NCBI GenBank assembly: GCA_964510965.1
Contig: CAZECX010000002.1
Span: forward strand, 21,011 to 85,010
Reading direction: 5' to 3'
Length of the DNA stretch: 64,000 nucleotides
From: an uncultured Nitrospina sp.
Lineage (GTDB): Bacteria > Nitrospinota > Nitrospinia > Nitrospinales > VA-1
The first letter of the stretch is position 1, and every line of letters begins with the position of its first letter. The notes beneath the pieces were generated by a model. That model ran no database searches and was not told the origin of the DNA. It worked only from the letters and a program-made list of their open reading frames with translations. This document shows positions 38,890 to 48,940 of this stretch, in pieces. A program made the translations under genes and the position numbers.

Positions 38890-39046
38890 CGTCATCGCGA
38901 GCCGCCAAGCGGCGTGGCGATCCAGAGATTATAACCCTTCAAAAGTTGATAATTTCATTTAGACATTTTGAATTTTTTTAGTCCGTCACCCATTTAACCA
39001 AAGCTCAATTGTTTTTCTGGATTGCTTCACTACGTTCGCAATGACG
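38890..39046. repeat. REP-like palindromic elements in inverted orientation (doublet, ~91-bp spacer)
   Basis: Left copy CGTCATCGCGAGCCGCCAAGCGGCGTGGCGATCCAG (38890-38925). Right copy CTGGATTGCTTCACTACGTTCGCAATGACG (39017-39046), whose reverse complement is CGTCATTGCGA...AGCAATCCAG. The termini are conserved and each copy is itself a hairpin (ATCGC/GCGAT versus ATTGC/GCAAT). Confidence 0.7.
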
Positions 39047-39145
39047 AATTAGGAAAATGTCTCTTTTTAATCCACAATTCCTTACAAATTCCATCCTATC
39101 AGGACAATAATCCAACACCAAAATCCCTTTTACTATGATCCCGCA

Positions 39146-39493
39146 TTATGTATTTAAGTTTTTTAACAACTCCTTAATTTTTTTCATTCCTTTTTCATTA
39201 TAGAAAAATCCTTCTTTAGCATCTGCAATGTTTGAACCATCCTCATCTATCTCAACAAAAAGTTCCCTAATCATCTCTAAATCCGGGTCATATTTAATCC
39301 TGACACAAATAAACTCATCCAACTCTGCATCACTTATATTTCCATTTATTATTGACATTAAAATTTGCTCAATTTCCTCCCGAGTAGGCTTATAGGTTCT
39401 ATCTGAATGAATTTGCAAAGCACCAAAAAATATAAAAACAAAAACTATAAAGCCTAAAAAAATAAAAATTATTGTCCACAGGGTTTCTAACAT
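39146..39493 (-). CDS. Small N-terminally membrane-anchored protein of unknown function
   Basis: TM segment LWTIIFIFLGFIVFVFIFFGAL, then an acidic ~85-aa domain. Very AT-rich. No recognisable motif. Confidence 0.5.
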   Translation of the reverse strand: MLETLWTIIFIFLGFIVFVFIFFGALQIHSDRTYKPTREEIEQILMSIINGNISDAELDEFICVRIKYDPDLEMIRELFVEIDEDGSNIADAKEGFFYNEKGMKKIKELLKNLNT

Positions 39494-39558
39494 TTTTTGT
39501 CTCTATACAAAAAAGGATTCAAGTCGCTTCTTGACGACAAGCACCTTTAAGTTCGGCT

Positions 39559-40470
39559 TTAGTTAACGCTGAGATTTTTTCGATATATTTTCAAAATCAA
39601 TAAACCCAACGCATAAAAATTCATCACGGTAATTAGCAGGAGTAAAAATAATTCCACCTGGCCCAGCAATGAAAAAACCGCCAGCAGCACATTGTTCGTG
39701 CAAATGCATAGGGGACTGATAGCGGTTAAAAAACAGCGGTCGCCATACCAGTCGGCTTCCTCTGTTTCAGAAACTCCCGCCAGTTTTCGGCTGACACGAT
39801 CCAGTCTTTCGATCAATCTATCCTGCCAGCCGTAACTCCAGACAAAAAGTTTCTGCAATTTTAAATCCCATCCGTTATTTTCGGCCTGGTCTTCTTCGGT
39901 AATACTTTCATCCACTCGGTTCTTGTCATAAGAACCCACACGCGATGTGTAGTTCACCAGATAAAAAACATAAAACGTGCTCTGCATAAACCCAACCAGC
40001 AGACCCAGTAATCCTAAAAACCAAAATCGGGCATCCCCGGTTGTCTGCACGAGATAATAAGAAATCCCGATATAAACCAGAACCGTTACAAAAAAGTCGG
40101 CAAGTGAGTCCAGAAACCTGCCGAACCGGGAGGAAGTGCCGCGAACCCGGGCCAGGTTTCCATCGACATTATCCAGAACCACTTTTCCATAAAGAAAGAC
40201 TGCGCCCCACACCAACGCATCCGACCTACCGGAAACATAAAATCCTGCAGACAGCAGACCTATAACAAATGACAGTACCGTTATCTGGTTGGGTGTGATG
40301 GGTGTGGGATAAAGCATGCGAACCAACCAGCCATTAAAAAAATACCAGATCGCGTTCACATCAAAAAACTGCGCTTCCCGCGGAAGCTTATTCATTTTTT
40401 CTTTATCAAACCCCTTGGCAGGGGAGGCAAAAGGTCTATTCCTTTTATCCTCGTAGAATTTATTTGGCAT
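39559..40470 (-). CDS. CDP-alcohol phosphatidyltransferase family protein
   Basis: Exact family motif DNVDGNLARVRGTSSRFGRFLDSLAD (DxxDGxxAR...GxxxDxxxD). Multiple TM helices. Confidence 0.85.
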   Translation of the reverse strand: MPNKFYEDKRNRPFASPAKGFDKEKMNKLPREAQFFDVNAIWYFFNGWLVRMLYPTPITPNQITVLSFVIGLLSAGFYVSGRSDALVWGAVFLYGKVVLDNVDGNLARVRGTSSRFGRFLDSLADFFVTVLVYIGISYYLVQTTGDARFWFLGLLGLLVGFMQSTFYVFYLVNYTSRVGSYDKNRVDESITEEDQAENNGWDLKLQKLFVWSYGWQDRLIERLDRVSRKLAGVSETEEADWYGDRCFLTAISPLCICTNNVLLAVFSLLGQVELFLLLLITVMNFYALGLLILKIYRKNLSVN

Positions 40471-40598
40471 GAGAACAAGATACCATTAATGGTTTGGCTT
40501 ATTACAATGCGGAGGGAAATATTAACGAACTATAGTAAAGGGCGCAACGATTCCTTTCAGCTTTACAGGCCTAGACTTATTGGCCCCACGCTAGTGGG

Positions 40599-42305
40599 CT
40601 AGCAGATGCCACAAACGTGGCAGGTGGCGGTATCGCATACGGGAGTGCGCCCTGCCATTAGGCCGCGCTGGTAGTCGTCCCATAAAAATCCGTTGCGGTA
40701 CCCATGGTCGACAATATCCCAGGGCAGGTAATCTTCTTTACCGTATTGCCGGTACACGAAGGAGTCTACCGAATGTTGGTTCAAAGCACCTTTGGCATCG
40801 TGACCGTTGTTTAAATACGTTTTGAAAAATTCATGCACACTACGATCACCGCGGGAAAGATAAGTCTGCAGATAAGCTTCATTGGGAGACCCGAAGCTCA
40901 TTTTCAGGTGGGGGAGTTTACCCAATGCTTTTCGCACTCGGGCAAACTTTTTCTTTAAACTCTTCACTTCTTCCATCGGGTGCCATTGAAACGGCGTCCC
41001 CGGTTTGGGGACCAGTGGACTCAAACTGATTGTTATCCTACCAATGCGTCCATGATTTCGGCATTCATCAACATAAATTTTTTGGACTCGTTCCACCAGA
41101 CGGATGAATTGCTCGATATCTTCATCGGTTTCATGAGGCAACCCAATGATGGAATAAATTTTTAAATGAAGAATCCCTTTTCTTGTGAGAAATCCACATT
41201 TCTCTACAATAAAGTCATCGGTCGCCGCTTTGTTTATCACATCGCGCATTCTTTCAGAGGGACCGTCCACAGCAACGGTCAAAGTTTTTTGTCCACTCTT
41301 CAAAATGAGATCGACAAGTTCATCGGTAAGCGTTTCCATTCGTAAAGATGAGAACGAAAGTGTCTTGCCCTCATCCGTTATCCTTTTCGCTAACGCAGGT
41401 AGTTGCGGATGATCTGTTACCGATGGCCCGACCAATCCAATGGTTTGAGCTGTTTTTCCCTGACCTTCAAGAAGCCGTGACATTGAATCATAGGTTTTAT
41501 CCAAATCCGGGTTTCGAGGCGGACGATAAATGAAACCCGCCGTACAGAACCGGCAAGCCCATATGCAACCTCGAGTGACCTCCATCAAAGCCATATCCTT
41601 GAACGTGGAATTTTCTCCATGAACCACGGAGTGGGTGCAAAGTGATTCTTCTTCCGCCACCCAATGCCGGGTCACTCGCGAAGGAATATCTAAAGAGGGC
41701 AAAACACCTACCTGATGACCGGACTCCATTTTCGAATTAAAAAATTCCGGCACATAGATTCCAGGGAGACTTGCTGCTATTTCCAAAAATTCATTTTTAT
41801 CTTCAAATTTTAAAAGCGTGTTAAAAAATTCATTGGCCATGCCCTCGCCCTCACCGATGAACATGACATCCATGCAGTTCGCCAACGGTTCGGGATTAAT
41901 AAAAATTGCGGATCCTCCTGCAACAATCATTGGATAGGAGGCATCGCGATCCTCCCGGTCTAGAGGGATGTCGAAGTACTTCAAGGCAGTTACGGTGTTC
42001 AAGTAATCCGGTTCGAAGGAAATTGAAAATGCGATGATATCGAAATCTACAGGAAGTCGATTCATGTCCATGGACCGCAAATCATCCTGACCCAGGGTTT
42101 CTGCTTCCGGTTTCCAATCGGTGGGCAAAGCATAGCGATCGCATTCCACGCCCTCAATGGAATTCAATAGCGAATAAACCTGCTGGAAACCCAGGTTGGC
42201 AAGAGCTACTTCCCGAGTATTGGGGTAAACTAAAAGTACCCGGATCGCTTGATTCGGCACTGATCTATCGGAAATGGTATGATCCGTTGGACAGGAAACT
42301 GACAT
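40599..42305 (-). CDS. Radical SAM protein with N-terminal B12-binding-like domain (TIGR03960-like family)
   Basis: LVYPNTREVALANLGFQQVYSLLN N-terminus. CX3CX2C motif in EVTRGCIWACRFCTAG. C-terminal Cys cluster CDTATCHVCGIC. Confidence 0.8.
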   Translation of the reverse strand: MSVSCPTDHTISDRSVPNQAIRVLLVYPNTREVALANLGFQQVYSLLNSIEGVECDRYALPTDWKPEAETLGQDDLRSMDMNRLPVDFDIIAFSISFEPDYLNTVTALKYFDIPLDREDRDASYPMIVAGGSAIFINPEPLANCMDVMFIGEGEGMANEFFNTLLKFEDKNEFLEIAASLPGIYVPEFFNSKMESGHQVGVLPSLDIPSRVTRHWVAEEESLCTHSVVHGENSTFKDMALMEVTRGCIWACRFCTAGFIYRPPRNPDLDKTYDSMSRLLEGQGKTAQTIGLVGPSVTDHPQLPALAKRITDEGKTLSFSSLRMETLTDELVDLILKSGQKTLTVAVDGPSERMRDVINKAATDDFIVEKCGFLTRKGILHLKIYSIIGLPHETDEDIEQFIRLVERVQKIYVDECRNHGRIGRITISLSPLVPKPGTPFQWHPMEEVKSLKKKFARVRKALGKLPHLKMSFGSPNEAYLQTYLSRGDRSVHEFFKTYLNNGHDAKGALNQHSVDSFVYRQYGKEDYLPWDIVDHGYRNGFLWDDYQRGLMAGRTPVCDTATCHVCGIC

Positions 42306-42387
42306 TAATTCTCGAAAATATTGGGTTTAAAAAAAGAGTCTTTATCATACTCCAAAAAGAGCTGACTTAAAAAGGATTCCCGCATCC

Positions 42388-43491
42388 ATGAATGAAATTT
42401 CGCCTGAAAATAGAATGCAGGGTTATCTGCAAAAAATTGCTGCTGGCCCCAAGCTGAGTAAAGACCTCACCGAGGAGGAGGCGGAAGATGCCTTGTCTCT
42501 AATACTGGATGGGAAAATATCTCAGGTGAGGATGGGGGTTTTCCTCATCGCGGCTCGAATGAAAATTGAAACCGTTCCCGAAAATATTGGTTATTGGCGA
42601 GCCTTGCAAAAAAGAATGACGCCAAAAAAAATCGGCCTCGATAAACTTTTGCAAATCGCTGACCCTTTTGATGGGTTTCAGCGGATTCCTTATTTCGGAT
42701 TTTATGCTATCCCGGTTATAGCAGAATTGGGACTTCCCGTTTACGGTCATTCTGCTTTGCCTCTGCCACCCAAATTGGGTATCACCTTCGAAGATTTATT
42801 GGTCAACCATTATCAGGCTCCCGTTTCCGGTACTGGCGAGCAACGAATCAAACAAGTTGAAGAATTCAAATTCGGCTATATCAATACAAGCGACTGCTTG
42901 CCTGCATTGGAAAACCTGCGGTCAATTCGAACAGAAATTGTCAAACGCCCCATGCTGGCAACGCTGGAAAAAATTCTCATGCCGCTTAAAGCCGAAGGCA
43001 AAAACTTTCTTGCCACGACCTATTTTCATCGAGGATACGAAACATCTTTAACAGAAATTGGAAAACGCAGTCAGTTTGATCGCGTCATTGTCGGCAATGG
43101 AATGGAAGGCACCACCCTGTTTGGTGTCCATAAAGAAGCGAAAGTTTTTATTCAGGATGGAGAAAGTGAAACTCAAATCCGCCCCCTAAGTTATTCAGAC
43201 ATGTATGAGGAAGGAACTGCAAAACAAATAGCAGAATCTCACGAGGCATTGAAGGAGGTAGAATCTAAACGGGAGATCCTGGCCGAGCTAGGGGAGCGAG
43301 CGTTAAAAACCGGAGAGGGACCCGCAGCACCACAAATTGTCAGTCAAACTGCTTGCCTGACGCACCTGACAGATATTTTTCAATCGCCTCAGGAAGGTTT
43401 TGATGCCGCTATGAAAATTTTAAAATCGGGAAGCAGCTACGAAAAGCTAATGCAATGGATCGAGCAATTAAAAAAATTGCCGCAGACCTAA
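42388..43491 (+). CDS. TrpD2/YbiB-like protein (anthranilate phosphoribosyltransferase-fold paralog)
   Basis: By my recollection of E. coli YbiB, IAAGPKLSKDLTEEEAEDALSLILDGKISQVRMGVFLIAARMK resembles its N-terminal helical bundle. VIVGNGMEGTTLFG resembles its HGTEGE region. No other trp genes are nearby. Confidence 0.5.
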   Translation: MNEISPENRMQGYLQKIAAGPKLSKDLTEEEAEDALSLILDGKISQVRMGVFLIAARMKIETVPENIGYWRALQKRMTPKKIGLDKLLQIADPFDGFQRIPYFGFYAIPVIAELGLPVYGHSALPLPPKLGITFEDLLVNHYQAPVSGTGEQRIKQVEEFKFGYINTSDCLPALENLRSIRTEIVKRPMLATLEKILMPLKAEGKNFLATTYFHRGYETSLTEIGKRSQFDRVIVGNGMEGTTLFGVHKEAKVFIQDGESETQIRPLSYSDMYEEGTAKQIAESHEALKEVESKREILAELGERALKTGEGPAAPQIVSQTACLTHLTDIFQSPQEGFDAAMKILKSGSSYEKLMQWIEQLKKLPQT

Positions 43492-44091
43492 TTCAAAATT
43501 CCCACCTTTCGTATCCTCCTCATAATCAATAAGAAAATAACGATACCCCAAAAACAAACCGAATTTTGGAGTTACCTTATATCTTATTCCTACCAAGGCC
43601 TGATAAGAGACACCATCGTCAGCGTCTTTAAATCCTTTACCGGCACCACTGGTAACTAGTCCATCTTCCCAGGCCCATCCCACACCCAAACCAAAATAAG
43701 GTGAGAGCTTCTTCGTCAATCGCATATCGAAAGCCAGATTTGCCATCATAGAATGGATCGTGCTCTCAGCCTCCGAAACTTTCGCGTTGCTTATCAGAAC
43801 ATCGAAGTCGAAACTTCTATAAGCGTATTCAATTTCTGCCCGAAAACCTTTTCCTAATTTTATACCTGTTGCAAACACGCCACCAAAACCCAGGCCGGTG
43901 TCACTTTCAATCAATAAGCCTCCTACCGTTTCTGACTGATCCCCTACATTAAAGAGCAATCCAGAAATACTGAAATAGGTTTTAGGCCTGCTTCTATTTT
44001 TGGATTTTGCAAATGAAGTCGGAGCGTTAGCCAAGAGGGCAAAACAAATCGAAAACAAAAAAATAATTCTAATTTGCAATTTGAACATCAA
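43468..44091 (-). CDS. Small outer-membrane beta-barrel protein (OmpW/OmpA-barrel-like)
   Basis: Signal peptide MMFKLQIRIIFLFSICFALLANAPTSFA. Alternating strands. C-terminal ...ELGLRQFF. Confidence 0.75.
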   Translation of the reverse strand: MMFKLQIRIIFLFSICFALLANAPTSFAKSKNRSRPKTYFSISGLLFNVGDQSETVGGLLIESDTGLGFGGVFATGIKLGKGFRAEIEYAYRSFDFDVLISNAKVSEAESTIHSMMANLAFDMRLTKKLSPYFGLGVGWAWEDGLVTSGAGKGFKDADDGVSYQALVGIRYKVTPKFGLFLGYRYFLIDYEEDTKGGNFELGLRQFF

Positions 44092-44224
44092 TTAACCTAA
44101 AAACAGGAAATGTGAGTTTACCGAAATATTGTTTTTGCGGAAGCTACCTTATGCATCGGTAATTTCCTAATTAAATCAAGGAATATGAGAGAGTTTTTTT
44201 AAGCTGAGGAAGGTATTTGAAATA

Positions 44225-44902
44225 TTATTTTTCAAGCATGGGTTGCAAATGTTGCCAGACCAGGTCGGCGACAATTTTATAACCCGATGCGGTGGGATGA
44301 ATCCCATCAGGCCGCGTATGTTTTCGAACACCAGCAACCCCTTCCAATAGGAATGGAAGGTAGACCAGGTCGTACTTTTTCGCTAATTCCGGGTAAACCG
44401 CTTCAAATTTCTTCGAATAATCCTCACCATAGTTGGGCAAAGCTTTCATACCTGCCAACAAAACCCGAGCATCGTGTTCATGAGAAATTCGAATCATAGT
44501 CTCAAGATTCGAATGCATTTCTTCTATGGATAAACCTCTCAATCCATCATTGGCACCCAGGGCAAGAATGACGATCTGCGGTTTGTGTTTCATCAGCCAA
44601 TCGATACGGCGCACACCTCCTGCTGTCGTATCGCCGCTGACACCTGCGTTAACAACTTTATATCCTAAATTCGCTTGATCAATTTTCACCTGGAGACGTG
44701 ATGGGAAACTGTCTTCCTGATCCACACCAAATCCAGCCGTCAAACTATCTCCTAATGCAAGAACCACAAGTCTCTCCTGTTTTGCATTGGCAGCCGATTG
44801 TGTGTTGTCGGCTACCAATATATGGTTTTCACCAAGAATAATCAGCAATCCTGCCAGAACATAGCCAGAAATTCGATAAAAGTTTAATAAAAAAGTTCGC
44901 AT
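44225..44902 (-). CDS. tesA: TesA-like periplasmic SGNH arylesterase/thioesterase/lysophospholipase
   Basis: Blocks LGDSLTAG, GVSGDT, LGANDGLRG and DGIHPT are collinear with E. coli TesA as I recall it. Divergent from ybbA as in E. coli. Start trimmed to the ATG at 44902 (MRTFLLNF...). Confidence 0.8.
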   Translation of the reverse strand: MRTFLLNFYRISGYVLAGLLIILGENHILVADNTQSAANAKQERLVVLALGDSLTAGFGVDQEDSFPSRLQVKIDQANLGYKVVNAGVSGDTTAGGVRRIDWLMKHKPQIVILALGANDGLRGLSIEEMHSNLETMIRISHEHDARVLLAGMKALPNYGEDYSKKFEAVYPELAKKYDLVYLPFLLEGVAGVRKHTRPDGIHPTASGYKIVADLVWQHLQPMLEK

Positions 44903-44952
44903 ATTTATGTAATACAATAAGCACTTAACATTAACCAACGGTTACTAAGGCA

Positions 44953-45633
44953 TTGATCGAAATATCTGGATTGATAAAAACCCTGCACGGTGGTGGTCAC
45001 AAAGTAGAAATTTTAAAATCCATCGACCTTACAATCCCAAGCGGCCAGTTCATAGCTATCACGGGTCATTCAGGTAGTGGTAAAACCACACTGCTCAGTC
45101 TGATTGCTGGACTCGATGTCCCGACGGGTGGAACAATTAATATAGACGGGCAGGATATCACGAAACTCAACGAAGACGAACTGGCCCTGCTGCGCGGAAA
45201 CCGATTCGGTTTTATTTTCCAAAACTTTCATCTCATCCCAACCCTGACGGCTTTGGAAAACGTTGCCCTCTCCGCAGAACTCAATAACACTCCCGGGGCA
45301 ACAAAAAAATCCGAAGACCTGCTGGGAATGGTAGGTCTTGGAGATCGAAAGCATCATTACCCGGCTCAATTATCGGGTGGCGAACAACAACGTTTATCAT
45401 TGGCTCGTGCCTTCGTCAATGAACCCGATATTATTCTTGCAGATGAGCCCACTGGAAACCTCGACTCAAAAAACAGTGACCGAATTATCGAATTGATTCG
45501 GGAACTGCATCGAGTAAAACAAGCCACCATCGTTCTTGTCACTCACGAATCTCATGTTGCTCAACAAAGCCAACGAATCCTAACTTTGGAAGATGGGGAG
45601 ATCATCGCCGACCATCCAAATAAAGAATCATGA
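44953..45633 (+). CDS. ybbA: ABC transporter ATP-binding protein, YbbA/LolD/MacB-type
   Basis: Walker A GHSGSGKTTLL, signature LSGGEQQRLSLARA, Walker B IILADEPTGNLD. TTG start. Confidence 0.85.
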   Translation: MIEISGLIKTLHGGGHKVEILKSIDLTIPSGQFIAITGHSGSGKTTLLSLIAGLDVPTGGTINIDGQDITKLNEDELALLRGNRFGFIFQNFHLIPTLTALENVALSAELNNTPGATKKSEDLLGMVGLGDRKHHYPAQLSGGEQQRLSLARAFVNEPDIILADEPTGNLDSKNSDRIIELIRELHRVKQATIVLVTHESHVAQQSQRILTLEDGEIIADHPNKES

Positions 45634-48206
45634 AACCCCACCAACTCAATTTTTCTCAACTGATCTCCCTTGTACTTGCCGAGTCGCGTGGGGCATGGAA
45701 ACGTATGGCCTTCTTTATTCTTTGTATAGCAATTGGCGTTGGTGCCGTAATGACGGTCAAAAGTTTTTCCAACATGGTGCAGGAAACCATTCAGGGACAG
45801 GCCAAAGGTTTGCTTGCTGCCGACATCGCCATCAAAGGGAGTTGGCAACAAGGCGAAGAGGATCTTGCTTTCCAGAAAAAAATCTTGCCAGAGGGAACCG
45901 AATTCTTATTCATTAAAGAATTGCATGGCATGGCGCAGTTTAAAAATCCAGATTCACCAGAAAAATCAGGCTCCCTGATCACGGAACTAAAATCCATTCC
46001 CCTACCGGGCCCACAATATCCATTCTATGGAGAATTTAAAAACGAACCGGACCTGCCTTTACAGGAATTGCTCAAGGGAAACGGTGCCGTTGTTGAATCT
46101 TCTTTTCTTATAAAAACCGGATTGAGTATTGGCGATGAATTCTCTCTTGGAAAAACAAAATTAAATATCACTGGCATCGTTGCGTCCGAACCCGATCGCA
46201 TTTCTCGTGCTTTTAGTATCGGGCCCAGGCTATTTATTTCACGCGCTTCGCTGGATAAAGCAGACCTGATCCAACCTGGAAGCAGGATCAAACATCGAAC
46301 TTTAATAAAGATTCCTGACAGCATAGAACTGGAAAAAGCAGTGGTGCTTTTGGAGCGTGGCCTTCCCGACAAAACCATCTCCATTCGAACCTATAAAGAT
46401 ATGCAATCCTCGCTTTCAAGTTCCATCGAAAGAATGGGTCAATACCTGGGTGCGCTGGGTGTCATCGCGCTTCTTATGGGCGGGATCGGGGTAGCCATGA
46501 TCGTTCGCACCTTCATGGCACAAAAACTCGATACGGTGGCGATTATGAATTGTCTGGGTGCCTCTTCACGTACCTTATTAAAGATTTATTTATTACAAGC
46601 TATGTTAATGGGATTTGCTGGCAGCTTGCTGGGGGTCACTCTGGGTTTTTCTCTCACCTATTTATTACCGTCCAAAATGGAAGGATTGATCAACTATTCA
46701 CTCGAACCCACATTTTACTGGGTTCCTGCTCTACAATCTTTGCTGCTGGGCATTGCAACAACCCTTCTGTTTTGTTTATGGCCTTTGCTAAGAGCGGTTA
46801 AGACTCGACCCCTGCGATTATTTCGTCGTAACTTTGAAGAAGAGGAACTCACCTCAGGCACACGCAAAGATCGATGGCTTGCAGGGCTGACCCTGGGGCT
46901 TGGTCTCGCAGCGATGATTTGCTGGCAAGCCGAATCCCTTAAGCGCGGCCTGGTGTTTCTTTCTGCATTAGGAATTTCGATAGCTGTGTTCGCATTGGCA
47001 TCGGTACTCCTTTTAAAAATACTTAAAGCGTTGCCTCAATCCGGTTCCATAGCGCGACGATATGGAATGTCCAACCTAAAACGACCGAACAATCAAGCGG
47101 CATCGATAGTCACCTGTCTGGGTATGGGCATCATGCTGATCCTAACGGTTAGACTGGTACAAATGGATATGTTGGCTATGCTGAACAAAAATACGGAAAT
47201 GAATCCACCCAATTATTTTTTCATCGATATCCAGAGAGATCAAAAAGAAACATTCACTCAAGTACTTGACCAAATTGCACCAGAAGCGGAACGCAGTGTG
47301 ACACCCTTGGTGCGCTCACGGTTACATAGTATCGATGAAAATCTTATCGCCAACTGGAAATACAAAGACAAACAGCGGGAAGAATGGTTCATCAACCGTG
47401 AATTTGCTTTGACCTATATGGAAGGCTCTCCTCCAAAAGATAACGAAATTCTCGAAGGCAAGTGGTGGGATGAAGAACGCGCAAAAAATGCTGAAGTTTC
47501 TCTGGAACAAGATGCCGCAAAAAGATTGGGTGCTAAAATTGGATCGCAGTTGACGATAGACATTCAGGGCATTCCTGTATCCGCAAAAGTCACCAGCATC
47601 CGTAGTGTGAACTGGAGAAATATGCGAACCAACTTCTATATGATTTTTTCACCCGGTGCCCTTGCAGGTGCACCACTTACTTACGTTGCCACAGTTCATG
47701 TTCCCGATGAAAAAGAATTAGAGCTACAACATGCCGTTGTAAAAGCATTGCCGAATATCACTGCGCTCAGCACACGCGACATCGTCAACACCGTCGAGTC
47801 TACCATTGCTAAATTAACTACATTGGTGGACTTCATGTCCGGCTTCGCAATTGCAGCTGGATTGTTTATTCTATCTGGCTCAATTGCTTCAACAAAATAT
47901 CGGCGTTTGCGCGAATCAGCAGTGTTAAAAATACTCGGCGCAAAAAGAAGAATAGTGGCTTCAATTCTCGGTTTTGAATACGCAACGATAGGAGTCATTG
48001 CAGCGTTGGTGGGTATTTTACTCGCGCAAGGGTTTTCATGGGCTGTCATGAAATACATGATTAAATCTGCCTGGCATCTACAACCCGGGATCATTCTTTT
48101 GGCCTTTTGTTTTGGTGTGCTGCTCACCATTACCACAGGAGTACTGAGCAGTCTCGATGTCATAAATAATAAACCGCTAAAAACCATTCGCGAAACAGAG
48201 TCATGA
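45630..48206 (+). CDS. ybbP: ABC transporter permease with two FtsX/MacB-type domains (YbbP-like)
   Basis: 858 aa. Two 4-TM FtsX-like blocks, each preceded by a large periplasmic domain. ATGA overlap with ybbA. Confidence 0.85.
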   Translation: MKPHQLNFSQLISLVLAESRGAWKRMAFFILCIAIGVGAVMTVKSFSNMVQETIQGQAKGLLAADIAIKGSWQQGEEDLAFQKKILPEGTEFLFIKELHGMAQFKNPDSPEKSGSLITELKSIPLPGPQYPFYGEFKNEPDLPLQELLKGNGAVVESSFLIKTGLSIGDEFSLGKTKLNITGIVASEPDRISRAFSIGPRLFISRASLDKADLIQPGSRIKHRTLIKIPDSIELEKAVVLLERGLPDKTISIRTYKDMQSSLSSSIERMGQYLGALGVIALLMGGIGVAMIVRTFMAQKLDTVAIMNCLGASSRTLLKIYLLQAMLMGFAGSLLGVTLGFSLTYLLPSKMEGLINYSLEPTFYWVPALQSLLLGIATTLLFCLWPLLRAVKTRPLRLFRRNFEEEELTSGTRKDRWLAGLTLGLGLAAMICWQAESLKRGLVFLSALGISIAVFALASVLLLKILKALPQSGSIARRYGMSNLKRPNNQAASIVTCLGMGIMLILTVRLVQMDMLAMLNKNTEMNPPNYFFIDIQRDQKETFTQVLDQIAPEAERSVTPLVRSRLHSIDENLIANWKYKDKQREEWFINREFALTYMEGSPPKDNEILEGKWWDEERAKNAEVSLEQDAAKRLGAKIGSQLTIDIQGIPVSAKVTSIRSVNWRNMRTNFYMIFSPGALAGAPLTYVATVHVPDEKELELQHAVVKALPNITALSTRDIVNTVESTIAKLTTLVDFMSGFAIAAGLFILSGSIASTKYRRLRESAVLKILGAKRRIVASILGFEYATIGVIAALVGILLAQGFSWAVMKYMIKSAWHLQPGIILLAFCFGVLLTITTGVLSSLDVINNKPLKTIRETES

Positions 48207-48904
48207 AGCAAGGATCGCTTATTTTAAAAATCAGCGTGTTGTTCTTTTTTTTATTTTCCAACCATGAAACTCTGGCAAATTCACAAGTATTAATTCCTGC
48301 AGGGGAATTCAAAATGGGAACAGAAAAAGGAACCGAAGCGGAGCAGCCTGTTCACACAATTTGGATCGATGCATTTTTTCTGGATCGCTTTGAAGTAACC
48401 AATAGAGATTATGAAAAAATAAATCCCAATTTCCAACGCAGTCACGCCTCGCATTGTGATGATTGCCCCGTTACACGAGTCACCTGGGAAGAGGCAAAAA
48501 CTTATTGCCAAAAGCTTGAGAAACGTTTGCCCACGGAGGCGGAATGGGAAAAAGCCCGGCGCGGCCCCAACGACATCAATGTAAAGTCCGATAAAAGAAA
48601 ATCTCGTTATGGATTATCTTTCGAAGCCGGAACAGCACCGGTACAATCTTCTATAGAAAACGACTACGGTTTGCACCATATGGAGGGAAATGTATGGGAA
48701 TGGACGAACGACTGGTTTGATGAAAAATATTATGCAAATTCGCCCAAGAATAATCCCCAAGGCCCAAGTAAAGGTTTGCGCAAGGTAGTTCGGGGGGGCA
48801 GTTGGTATAATGATATTTGGTATTTGCAAGCCGGGATGCGGTTTCGACTTGCTCCCGATGTGAAATTGAATTCTTTAGGCTTTCGTTGCGCTAAAAGCCC
48901 CTAA
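48203..48904 (+). CDS. Secreted formylglycine-generating-enzyme (FGE/SUMF1) family protein
   Basis: Signal peptide. IPAGEFKMGT...HTIWIDAFFLDRFEVTNRDY...WEEAKTYC...HHMEGNVWEWTND...RGGSWY...LGFRCA. ATGA overlap with the ybbP stop. Confidence 0.8.
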   Translation: MKQGSLILKISVLFFFLFSNHETLANSQVLIPAGEFKMGTEKGTEAEQPVHTIWIDAFFLDRFEVTNRDYEKINPNFQRSHASHCDDCPVTRVTWEEAKTYCQKLEKRLPTEAEWEKARRGPNDINVKSDKRKSRYGLSFEAGTAPVQSSIENDYGLHHMEGNVWEWTNDWFDEKYYANSPKNNPQGPSKGLRKVVRGGSWYNDIWYLQAGMRFRLAPDVKLNSLGFRCAKSP

Positions 48905-48940
48905 CGGGGCATGAAAATATAGAAAGAAAAAAGTATTCTT

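Noticed and set aside
37728-48206. AttH-like protein plus YbbA/YbbP-like ABC system as an AttEFGH-type operon
   Set aside because: The components are ~6 kb apart and separated by several opposite-strand genes. I cannot support a functional unit from this window.
47696-48211. 171-aa minus-strand ORF inside the ybbP-like permease gene
   Set aside because: It is antisense to a gene with strong family features. It is hydrophobic mirror sequence typical of shadow ORFs, with no independent motif or RBS.
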